Origin: Amoeboradix gromovi X-113
Lineage: Eukaryota > Fungi > Sanchytriomycota
NCBI GenBank assembly: GCA_018985225.1
Contig: JADGIF010000096.1
Location: forward strand, 1 to 21,025
Direction of reading: 5' to 3'
DNA: 21,025 nt
The position numbers and the translations under genes were made by a program. Positions 8,445-17,370 of the stretch are shown here, piece by piece. The first letter of the stretch is position 1; each line of letters begins with the position of its first letter. The notes under the pieces are model-generated. The model was given only the letters and a program-made list of their open reading frames with translations. It made no database searches and was not told the origin of the DNA.

Positions 8445-10358
8445 ATGTTGAATCCGACTTCCACACTTCCGGTTGCGCAGACAGATACACAGATTATCGA
8501 TCAGCTCTGTCAATCAGATACAGATGCCGAGTTTGTTCAGCTAATACTTTCCAAATTCAATCCGATGTCCCCCTCCCAACCAATTTTGCTCACCAAGAAC
8601 GATTTGTCATTGTCATACAATCAGTTTGTAAAATGCCATGGTCTTCTCAATAACCCAATTCTGCTGAATTATCTCTCTTTGAAATCTAATGAATCTGTTC
8701 AACTCCATTGTCATTACACAGGTGATCCAGTCCCTTTCATTCAGGATACCTCTCAGCTGCACAAATTCATAAGCATCCACGGCATCATTACAAAGGTATT
8801 CGCTCCCTCTCTTGCTCCTAAGCTTCTCTGCTGGATCTGCTCTAATTGCAAAACCACTATTCACGGGAATGAACAGCAATACAACTGTGTAAACCAGTTG
8901 GAGTGCGGTCAGTCTACGATGCACATACACCATACGCATTCTCAGTTCACTCAAATTCAGTATATTACTTTGCAGGTTGATGATTTAAAACAGCAGGTTA
9001 GGATAGATGATTTGCACTTAATCGACCTTGTTAAGCCTGGTGATAAATGTGTCATTCACGGGTACTATCTTATAAGTCCGAGTAAGAATAACACAGTTCA
9101 TTCTACTATTATCCAATGTACAGGGATAACCCGTGATCTGAACTATGACGTTCAAAATAATGTGACGTACGAATCCAAAGACTATTTTGAGCACTTGACA
9201 AACCTAATAGCACCTTCTATATTTGGCCATACCGACATTAAACAAGCGTTAGTATTGCTCTTGCTCGGTGGAACTACCAGACCATTGCCAGACGTGCGAC
9301 TAAGAGGCGACATTCATGTTCTACTGATGGGTGATCCTGGTGTAGCTAAATCACAATTTTTAAAAAGAACGCAGCAGTTGGCACCACATGCTGTATTTAC
9401 AAGTGGAAAGGGATCTAGTGCGGCGGGATTGACAGCAGCAGTTTTAAATAAGAACAGACAATTTTACTTGGAAGCTGGTGCCATGGTACTAGCAGACAAA
9501 GGTGTAATATGCATAGACGAGTTTGACAAAATGAGAGAAGAAGACAGAGTAGCAATTCACGAGGCCATGGAACAGCAAACATTGAGTATAGCAAAGGCCG
9601 GTATCACCACTACGTTGAATGCTAGAGCGAGTGTGTTAGCAGCTGCTAACCCTATGTTTGGTAGAATCCAAGATACGAAATCAGCTGCGAGTCAAATTGA
9701 GTTTAAATCGTCTTTGTTGAGCAGATTTGATTTATTGTTTTGGTTGAGAGACAAGCATGATAGCGAGCAAGACATGAGAATAGCCATGCACGTGTTGCAA
9801 GTTCATCAGAGTACCAGTGAATCGCAAGACGCTGCACCGTTAATAGCCCATCTCAAGTTACTGGCTCCTACAATGTCCGTTGAAGCTAGTTCATTCTTGC
9901 ATGACACATATGTACAAATGCGTAGTAACATGTATGATTTAGAGTGCGCCAGTCAGACCCGATCGATGATTCCATTTACTGTTCGACATTTGGAAGCATT
10001 AGTAAGATTAAGTGAGGCTAGGGCCAAATGTGCTTGCAGTCCAGTAGTTATGATAGAACATTGTAAAGAGGCATTGCAGCTATTTAAACAAAGTACTTTA
10101 AGAACCTTACAAACTGTTTTGAAGCAGCCAACAAAATCATCGTTGAAAGCGATTCACCAGTTTATTGATTACCGGTTGCCTTTGGGAGCGCAAATGAGAG
10201 AATTGGTTATGATCAAAGAACTAGAAGGAAACGGTCACGATTATGATGCTATAGTACTGTGTATACAACAAATGATTAATAATAGCGAAATACAACAACG
10301 GCAACAAGGACAATATTTATTGAGAATTGGAGTGAAGAACAGAAACGATTATAGTTAA
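8445..10358 (+). CDS. MCM5: MCM replicative helicase subunit, MCM5-type (probable start at ATG 8445)
   Basis: GDPGVAKSQ, TSGKGSSAAGLTA, IDEFDKMREEDRVAIHEAMEQQT, SRFD, TVRHLEALVR. SSAAGLT and DRVAIHEAME are MCM5-like. Confidence 0.88.
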   Translation: MLNPTSTLPVAQTDTQIIDQLCQSDTDAEFVQLILSKFNPMSPSQPILLTKNDLSLSYNQFVKCHGLLNNPILLNYLSLKSNESVQLHCHYTGDPVPFIQDTSQLHKFISIHGIITKVFAPSLAPKLLCWICSNCKTTIHGNEQQYNCVNQLECGQSTMHIHHTHSQFTQIQYITLQVDDLKQQVRIDDLHLIDLVKPGDKCVIHGYYLISPSKNNTVHSTIIQCTGITRDLNYDVQNNVTYESKDYFEHLTNLIAPSIFGHTDIKQALVLLLLGGTTRPLPDVRLRGDIHVLLMGDPGVAKSQFLKRTQQLAPHAVFTSGKGSSAAGLTAAVLNKNRQFYLEAGAMVLADKGVICIDEFDKMREEDRVAIHEAMEQQTLSIAKAGITTTLNARASVLAAANPMFGRIQDTKSAASQIEFKSSLLSRFDLLFWLRDKHDSEQDMRIAMHVLQVHQSTSESQDAAPLIAHLKLLAPTMSVEASSFLHDTYVQMRSNMYDLECASQTRSMIPFTVRHLEALVRLSEARAKCACSPVVMIEHCKEALQLFKQSTLRTLQTVLKQPTKSSLKAIHQFIDYRLPLGAQMRELVMIKELEGNGHDYDAIVLCIQQMINNSEIQQRQQGQYLLRIGVKNRNDYS

Positions 10359-10830
10359 ATAAATTGTTTACTATGATTATATTAGTTTTATCACTAGATT
10401 ATGGTTATTTCTACAGATTTGTTATTGAGTGGAACAGAAAATTCAGTTCTTCTCATCTGTGACAAATAGCACAAAGAATATTGCTAAAATATAATGAAGC
10501 GTTTGCTATCCAACGTCTACAAGGTGTGGAACTATAAAGAGAACCAATTTGGAGATATATACATGCGTAAACCAGCATCTAGAGGCATACAGGAACTTAT
10601 GGTAGCTAGTAACACATGCTTGAAATAATTGCATCTTCATTCCATTTCAGCTCAGTCTGATGGAAGCGTAAGCAAAAATTACTACGAGATAACTAGCTTT
10701 TCTGCTTCTATGTGGAAATTCTTGATTTTCTATGAAGGTCAGGTTTCCTGCGGCCCGGCTACTGTTTTTAAAATTTGAAATCGCGCAAATAAAATAATTT
10801 AATTAACATCCATATAACAACAACAAAGAG

Positions 10831-11368
10831 ATGGGCTTGCTGCTTTCTTCGGAAAATAAAAATCTGCGCAAGAATTCCTTGCTAACAAATACCACTAGCA
10901 GATCAGTTCTAAAAACATCAATGGTCCTTGATTACCATAATTCTTTGTTTAGACTAGCCACACTGTCAAGTCAACTTCAATACACTTTAAATCATCCTAC
11001 AGGTAGGGCTCTATTGATGGGTTTCCTGGAGTCTGAGCAGTCTGTTGACAACCTGAAGTTTTATGAAGAGATTGTCTCATTTAGGAGACTTTTTTTGCCA
11101 TTGAAGCCAATAATATTCATAGACATCAAAACGAAGGCTAGTTACATTTTGGCAAACTATGTAATGGACGATTCTCCATTTCAGGTATACTTGCCTTCAC
11201 AGGTTAAAGATCAGTATTTAAAATTAACTTAGGTTGATAAAAAATGTAAGATTATCTAAGAATGTAATGGACTATTATAAAGTGTTCGACAATGCTGCCC
11301 AGTCTGTTTATCAGATTATTCTCAACGATTCTTTTAGACGGTTTGTGACTAAGAATAAAAAGATGTAA
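10831..11368 (+). CDS. RGS (regulator of G-protein signalling) domain protein, 172 aa, one intron at 11214-11232
   Basis: L...LNHPTGRALLMGFLESEQSVDNLKFY...SPFQVYLPS in exon 1; VFDNAAQSVYQIILNDSFRRF (RGS terminal helices) in exon 2; N-terminal MG could be myristoylated. Confidence 0.9.
11214..11232 (+). other. 19-nt GT-AG intron (GTATTTAAAATTAACTTAG)
   Basis: Removal gives VKD-Q-LIKN and joins the two halves of the RGS domain in frame. Confidence 0.88.
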
Positions 11369-11426
11369 ACAAATTTAAAGGCCATAAAAAAATAGTTCAT
11401 TTAATTAGCCTACAAATTTACTAACA

Positions 11427-11748
11427 TTAAAAGAGCCGGTCGTGTTTTGCTTTTCCTATCAGGATTTTACTTTGAGTGTATGCCTCTTCATAAATTTTGT
11501 CTTTGTTTGTTGTATTCAGGTGATCTGAAAACCCTTTGCATCTAATTAAATGAGTTCTATATGCGTCGGCTCTCATAATTTTCAATTTTTTGTAGCAGTA
11601 GCGACATGGGACTAAGTTATATTAAAAAGATACTTGAAGGTGCATGGACATTTTTGGTGTGCCTTGCTAACCCTGACCTATCCATAAATGTTTTCTCGCA
11701 TGTATTGCAGATAAACTTCTCTTTTTGAGATTCTCCAGTACTTCCCAT
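11427..11748 (-). CDS. Small zinc-finger protein (C2H2 plus C2HC), 99 aa, one intron at 11612-11633; absent from the ORF track
   Basis: MGSTGESQKEKFICNTCEKTFMDRSGLARHTKNVHAPS-I-PCRYCYKKLKIMRADAYRTHLIRCKGF...HDRLF*. Confidence 0.85.
11612..11633 (-). other. 22-nt GT-AG intron (GTATCTTTTTAATATAACTTAG)
   Basis: Removal links two zinc fingers in frame; the last 8 nt (TAACTTAG) are identical to the RGS intron. Confidence 0.85.
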
Positions 11749-11982
11749 AGGGCTTAGATGTTTCCGATTTCATTTTTTTAAACGGGCGGGCACACTACCT
11801 GATTTCATTTTCAAGATACTAGAGAGCATCGAATGAGTTTTCAGCGCATTCATTTTAGTGCTAATATTTCGATTAAGATACTGGCGTAGGCCATGCAATT
11901 ACACATTGGCCGGGAATTTCATCATGTTATTAAAACGTGGCCCTTTTAAGATGCATATAAGCCTACAGTTACACAGTCTAAA

Positions 11983-12276
11983 ATGATGATATATTCGGTG
12001 CTGTTTCGCGACTCAAAATACAAATTGTGGACCGTAAAGCAGGTCTGGACCAACTGTTTCCAATTAGTTATAAGTAATCATAAGATAACTCTAGACGACA
12101 TTGAAGACATCAAGTTTTCTAAAGTTAGGAATACATTGCACATCTCTACTAATGATAATAGACACTATTGGATAAAGTTTCCTACAACGATCGAAGCGGT
12201 CGAGCTTCGAAATTACTTAGATCAGCTTATTTTACAGCCTTTAATAGCTCTGCAAAGACAGCCTCGGTATGTATAA
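11983..12276 (+). CDS. Small protein, possible PH-like fold
   Basis: Beta-rich pattern (ITLDDIEDIK...TLHIST...HYWIKF) followed by a terminal helix; AATAAA at the stop. Confidence 0.55.
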   Translation: MMIYSVLFRDSKYKLWTVKQVWTNCFQLVISNHKITLDDIEDIKFSKVRNTLHISTNDNRHYWIKFPTTIEAVELRNYLDQLILQPLIALQRQPRYV

Positions 12277-12281
12277 TAAAA

Positions 12282-14471
12282 TCATTTATTTTTAAATGCC
12301 GACTTGTACAAATCAAGTGCCTCTTTTTTGTTAGTAAACCCAGATCCAGATCTTGTTAAAGGTGACAAAGGCGATAGTGGCATGTCAGAGACTAGTCCTC
12401 TCTTTTCTCTGGTGCTTAAAGAGTCAATTGAAATACTTCGTGGTAGCGCTGATGTTGTATGCTGTTTTTTGAACGGGTAGTTGACTGGAACCTCTATAGG
12501 TGATGATTTTACATCGTCGTCATAGTTTACTTTGATGTTGCTTAATGAAAATTCCGTGTACTGAGATGTCTTTTCCCTTTTAGGTTTAATCAACTTAAAG
12601 TATATTAAACTTGATAACCCAAAAATTAAAAATATTCCAAGAAATATTCCAAATGCCACCCAATTTGCCGGGTCGGGTACTTGAATATCTTGCTCACATG
12701 TACTTAATTGACACTCACCATGTATGTACAACTCCCATTCATGTAATATTCCTTTCGACCTCAGTAATGACTCTTCTTTACCATTTATTGGTATTGGCCT
12801 TGTTGTGTTTGCATATGTGTCAACTATTATCAGCTTCCAATTGCCTTCAATTTCCTCTTTCCAATACCTGTTAGTCATAAACGTCCATGTCAACCCTTTT
12901 TCAGATAAATCATTTTGCCTGGACCTAGCCAGAGGCGCTATTGTCCCTTTGGGAGAAAGCAATTGAAATGCCAAGTCACCTCTTCTTAGATGAGAAATAT
13001 CCACACGAACCTGTATATGCTCAGCTGTTTTTATTTTGTTGTTTGAAGCTATAGTTATTACAGACTCAGTAGCCTTATCGCTGCTGATTATCAACTTTGG
13101 AGTCACAACTACTGAAAAAGAGAAACTTTCCTTTAAATTCACATAGTTGGCGGCATTAGATATTAATTTACTGGTATCCAATAATCCAAATCCAAACTGC
13201 GGATGAAAGTCAATTCCTGCTGCATTTGTTTGCCATCGTTGGTCGCTGCGTGAATTTTTTACGGTACTCTTTAACAGGAGATATTGGACATCCCTCCATC
13301 CTAATGTTGGATTAGATTCAAGGAGCAACGCGATTGCTCCACTAGCTAGAGGCGCTGCTGCTGAGGTTCCAAAATGGTGACTTGAACACGAGTTTTCTAC
13401 ATCGGAGGTGTGTATAGGATTATCATTATCTCCACCAGGAAGTACTACATGTATCGCAGAGCATTCTTCACCATACCATGGACTTTTTCCATCTATATCT
13501 ACTGCTCCGATTGCGATGGTATATATTGAGTTTACATAGCCATCATAATTGCAATCATCGTTAGTCAAGCCCCCATTACCACTGGCTATTACATATATTA
13601 AGCCTGTGCCGTTTCTGCCATTAGTGATTCCATTTTTTAATGCAACGCTAGCAATTCTTCCCGGACCATCAATTTGAGTTCCGTCATCACTAGGTCCCCA
13701 GCTCATGGAGAATATATGTTGAGATTGATAATTGTAGTTAAATGCTTGTGCCTCATCGCTATCTGTAGGAAAAGTGTCACCAATGATAGTGACACCACTA
13801 ATTGTGGAATCGTATGCTACGCCGACACCACATATTTTATTATTAGGTCTCCCTACTATTTCGGCAGCACATCTAGTTCCATGATGGTCTAAATGTAGAT
13901 TAACAGGATTAACTTCCAATGAGCCAGTGAGAATGTTCTTACTTGCCTTTGGATCAAAGGAATCGATGATATCTGGATGGCTATGTGATATTCCATCATC
14001 AACAACAGTAATTCTAATACCTTTACCATGTAAATTTCTATCCCACACTGGCATAATGTTCATATCAACCGCATCGCGATGTATTTTTAAATCTGTAAAA
14101 GATTTATCAAGGTGCCAGCTAGATTTGAAATCGGGGTCGTTGAACGAAGGAATGCTACGGTGTTCTCTTTTCTTACCTACCTGTTTCTCATACCATGATA
14201 TCTTGTTGGAATTCAAAAAATCATTTTCAATTTCTGCATCATCCAAATCTCGTTTATGTAGTGGTTTTCCTACTAGAAAGTAGCCAGGTAAGCCAGCAAT
14301 GTTACCCTTGAACACGTAGCCCATCTCTTCTATTTCAATTTTCGCGTCATCATCTGTCAAGGGCTCACTATTCATATGAGCTAAATGAACAGCATAGTCC
14401 ATAGAGTGGCTCAGGCCATCCTCTGAAAAATCAGTTTTTTCCCAGAAATTGCAGCGTTCTGCTGCTATCAA
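12282..14471 (-). CDS. KEX2: Kexin/furin-type subtilisin proprotein convertase; 5' exon(s) unresolved upstream (to ~14682)
   Basis: VVDDG, HGTRCAAE, ASGNGG, GTSAAAP catalytic motifs; P-domain with RRGDL; TM helix and cytosolic tail. The ORF lacks a signal peptide, so the true start is upstream. Confidence 0.92.
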   Translation of the reverse strand: MIAAERCNFWEKTDFSEDGLSHSMDYAVHLAHMNSEPLTDDDAKIEIEEMGYVFKGNIAGLPGYFLVGKPLHKRDLDDAEIENDFLNSNKISWYEKQVGKKREHRSIPSFNDPDFKSSWHLDKSFTDLKIHRDAVDMNIMPVWDRNLHGKGIRITVVDDGISHSHPDIIDSFDPKASKNILTGSLEVNPVNLHLDHHGTRCAAEIVGRPNNKICGVGVAYDSTISGVTIIGDTFPTDSDEAQAFNYNYQSQHIFSMSWGPSDDGTQIDGPGRIASVALKNGITNGRNGTGLIYVIASGNGGLTNDDCNYDGYVNSIYTIAIGAVDIDGKSPWYGEECSAIHVVLPGGDNDNPIHTSDVENSCSSHHFGTSAAAPLASGAIALLLESNPTLGWRDVQYLLLKSTVKNSRSDQRWQTNAAGIDFHPQFGFGLLDTSKLISNAANYVNLKESFSFSVVVTPKLIISSDKATESVITIASNNKIKTAEHIQVRVDISHLRRGDLAFQLLSPKGTIAPLARSRQNDLSEKGLTWTFMTNRYWKEEIEGNWKLIIVDTYANTTRPIPINGKEESLLRSKGILHEWELYIHGECQLSTCEQDIQVPDPANWVAFGIFLGIFLIFGLSSLIYFKLIKPKREKTSQYTEFSLSNIKVNYDDDVKSSPIEVPVNYPFKKQHTTSALPRSISIDSLSTREKRGLVSDMPLSPLSPLTRSGSGFTNKKEALDLYKSAFKNK

Positions 14472-14751
14472 TAGTTGTTGGTTGCAGGTATGTCCCTTAT
14501 ATCCTGTCCCATTTTCATTATTTTGTTTCTACATCTCAAATCGGCTCGAAAATCATATCCTATGTCACGGGAAAGATGAATTGATACCAAGCCAGCTATT
14601 AGTATATAAAGAAATCTTTATGGAAACTGCATAAGAATTAGGATTGATAAGCTTTACTTAATAATAAAAAGGTGCAAGCCATAGGAAAACCAAGCTGACG
14701 CAGTCCCTGGATTCAGGGAGTGTGGCTTATTCAAGCAATTAGATAACTTAA

Positions 14752-15047
14752 CAGTGGGGACATCAAACTTAAAAACTAGACTAACTTTCTGAGACAGCTT
14801 GAATCATTATATCAAGTGTGTATTAACCGATAGTAAATTAAATTAAATTAATCTTATTGGTTGCACCTTTTGCTTAGACACTCAAAGACCTTCACTATTT
14901 GAAAGAGATAGTGGGTCATCTTGTTTTATTTTAAAGAGGGGAATGACATTAATGAAAGAAAGACTTATTATTAATAGTATTTCCTTCTTATGGAGCACCT
15001 ACTTTAAAAACGACTTGGTCTAGTTTTTATATTTGGTGTCCCAGTTG
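14752..15047. mobile_element. Tc1/mariner-like MITE, copy 2 (296 bp, internally deleted)
   Basis: cagtggggacatcaaacttaaaaactagactaact ... tctagtttttatatttggtgtcccagttg; internal blocks shared with copy 1 (tgcaccttttgcttaga, ttatggagcacct). Confidence 0.87.
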
Positions 15048-15082
15048 ACTTTTTAATTGAAATTTATTATTTGAAACATAAG

Positions 15083-15394
15083 ATGCTCTGCCTTGATAAC
15101 AAATTGTTATTTGGCTCTGGACCTTGCAATAAGGCTGGATTGTACAGCGATGAGGGCCACTACATTAATGATCCGCAAAAAATACAAATATATACTCTTG
15201 ATGATAAACTTATGTATGTGGACACAATAAAGATCAAAGGCGCTATGGATAAAATAGAGCCGCTTTTAGCGCCTCTTCCAAGACTTCATAACCCCCAGCC
15301 AACACAAGCACAAAGTGGAATAAAGTGGTATTGGTATTTACTTGGTGGATGGTTTATATTAAATATTATTGGTGGCGTTGGTGCAAGTAAGTAA
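15083..15394 (+). CDS. Small tail-anchored membrane protein (C-terminus reminiscent of EMC10)
   Basis: Pro-rich linker then KWYWYLLGGWFILNIIGG; AATAAA after the stop. Family assignment is weak. Confidence 0.6.
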   Translation: MLCLDNKLLFGSGPCNKAGLYSDEGHYINDPQKIQIYTLDDKLMYVDTIKIKGAMDKIEPLLAPLPRLHNPQPTQAQSGIKWYWYLLGGWFILNIIGGVGASK

Positions 15395-15806
15395 GATAAA
15401 TAAATTCTAAATATCCAAGTCATACCTAGCTATTTAAGCTTATATATGGTATTCATGAGCGCAATTATAGCATTTGAATCTTCTCGAATGCACGCTTTCT
15501 TTCAATTTGTGGCTGCACTTAAAACGTTTGGCTTAGTGTCAGCACTTCTTTGCATGCAACAGTAAGTATCAGGCACTTGAAGTAACTGTTAGAACCACTT
15601 CCCAAACTCATTGTCGTCTACAATGTTCAGCTTCGTTATCAATGATCAATAAAATATTTCAGTCGCATCTTAATTATGCAATAACTAGCGCTAAACAGAT
15701 TTATTGTTCAACCTTTAGAGTATCCTTCTGGCAAATACCTAGCCGAGATTAATTGTTTAATGTTTCATCTGCTTTACACTTAGACCTTTTGTGGCTTGAA
15801 ATATTT

Positions 15807-17327
15807 ATGACTTTGAGTAAACACTTTGTAGTAGCTCCTGAAAGCGATCGCGTAAATGCTAAAAACCTGCAGGCTTTCCAGTACAAAAAGTTGTTATCTC
15901 AGATAATAACAGTATCTGAATATAGTGTTACATTAATTGGATCATTTTATAATAAAGCAGAAACTGCTACTACTACACTAGAAGACCTATATTTGAGATT
16001 GTCTAAATTAGAACAAGCTTTACCTGAGATCGAGAAAAAATTAATCGAGGAACCTTTCCAGTTGACAGAAAACGAGAGACCTCAACCTACATTTATTAAC
16101 TCCAGCTACCTAAGCAGAGAGAGTAGACCCAAAGAAATGGTGGCGGTGTACGAAAAATGCAAGAGACCACCAGAGCTACACCGCCTAGATGAATTTAGAT
16201 TTGATGGAAAGACATGCATGCAGTTCTACTCTAACCCTAACTTTTTTGTTGAGGAATGGAAAAAGGTAATGGAAAAAGAAAACGAAGAAAAGAAAAAGAA
16301 AAGAAAAGACAAAAAGGCGTTAAAAGAGGAACAGAAAAAGAAAATTCTTGAGGTGAGAGAAGTAGAAGTTCGGAAGTTCGACAATGATGGAAGGGAAATA
16401 CATTCCACACCAATTAACCAAACTCAAGTGGTGTATGAAGATGAAAAGACCCCAGATGATTATGTAATTGTAGATAACAACGAGCAACTTGGGCCTGCAC
16501 CACTGCCTGAGATGGAAGAAGAGTTTGACCCAGAAAAACTATTCAGTATGATCGATGACATGGTTCCTGGCCTTGCTGGCATAGGATTGTCAGATAGCTC
16601 ACCTGCTTCTCCTAAAAGTCCTCAAATTCCAATGTTCGGTATGCCGCAATCATTCCAATTGCCAGCAAATACAATTCCACTTAAACCCCCACAACAGTTT
16701 GCTCCTCAGCAGCAAAATGACCACCAGGATTTTATACCTAGGCCGCCAATTGACCCATTGGTCAGACCCCAATTTCAGTTACGCCCGATTGCTCCTAACT
16801 TACAACACATTCCTGAAACAACACCACAGGCTCCATCATTTGTACCTGCAGCATTGAATGCTTCTCAGTATGACTTTCCCGTATCTCAGAATAATACTTC
16901 TCAATATAACCAAGCCAATCAAAATCAGCTGCCTCAAGGCTCTCAGCAACCTTCTATTATGAGAAGAGACAGATCAGGGTCTCTTGCAGCAAAAAATCCA
17001 GTTCTAACACCTCTTGCGCCAGCTGTAGTTCCAAACGTACCGGCTCCTCCACCGATGGTTAGCTTGCCACCGCCAACAGTGTTTATACAACCAACCTTGA
17101 GAAAAGTCGAACACCAGCCTGAGGCAGCCAAACCTGTTCAAGCCAGAGATGGCATGTTGAGCAATATTAAGTCTGGAATTCAGCTTAAAAAGGTAGAAAT
17201 TAAAACAACAGCCCAACCAGTAAAGAAAGAAGACACTACTGTAGCTGGTATATTAATGAGAAGAGTTGCTTTGGAAATGAGCGATTCTGATGGTGACGAT
17301 CATGATGATGACGAAGATTGGGATTGA
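15807..17327 (+). CDS. SCAR: WAVE/SCAR Arp2/3 activator
   Basis: SCAR homology domain (YSNPNFFVEEWK), basic KKKKRKDKK stretch, Pro-rich region, WH2 (RDGMLSNIKSGIQLKKV), central helix (VAGILMRRVALEMSDS) and acidic DEDWD end. Confidence 0.93.
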   Translation: MTLSKHFVVAPESDRVNAKNLQAFQYKKLLSQIITVSEYSVTLIGSFYNKAETATTTLEDLYLRLSKLEQALPEIEKKLIEEPFQLTENERPQPTFINSSYLSRESRPKEMVAVYEKCKRPPELHRLDEFRFDGKTCMQFYSNPNFFVEEWKKVMEKENEEKKKKRKDKKALKEEQKKKILEVREVEVRKFDNDGREIHSTPINQTQVVYEDEKTPDDYVIVDNNEQLGPAPLPEMEEEFDPEKLFSMIDDMVPGLAGIGLSDSSPASPKSPQIPMFGMPQSFQLPANTIPLKPPQQFAPQQQNDHQDFIPRPPIDPLVRPQFQLRPIAPNLQHIPETTPQAPSFVPAALNASQYDFPVSQNNTSQYNQANQNQLPQGSQQPSIMRRDRSGSLAAKNPVLTPLAPAVVPNVPAPPPMVSLPPPTVFIQPTLRKVEHQPEAAKPVQARDGMLSNIKSGIQLKKVEIKTTAQPVKKEDTTVAGILMRRVALEMSDSDGDDHDDDEDWD

Positions 17328-17370
17328 AAATAAATTTATTAATTTTAAATGTTTTAATATTTTTCCAAAC

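Noticed and set aside
10494-10628. 44-codon ORF MKRLLSNVYKVWNY...
   Set aside because: Too short, with no motif and no supported splice extension.
11185-11202. 18-nt GT-AG segment GTATACTTGCCTTCACAG in the RGS gene as another micro-intron
   Set aside because: In frame, encodes the conserved RGS V.LPS motif and lacks the -6 A.
14704-14719. Hairpin tccctg-gatt-caggga as terminator or ncRNA
   Set aside because: Isolated short stem expected by chance; no U-tract and eukaryotic context.
15420-15750. Possible snRNA or spliced gene (ATACTTAC on minus strand, GTAAGT on plus)
   Set aside because: Does not continue as the U1 5' end (ATACTTACCTG), and no convincing exon model could be built.
17290-17370. 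N-terminal extension of CCT3 overlapping WAVE
   Set aside because: Conserved CCT3 begins at ATG 17371; the extension is AT-rich intergenic sequence containing the WAVE AATAAA.
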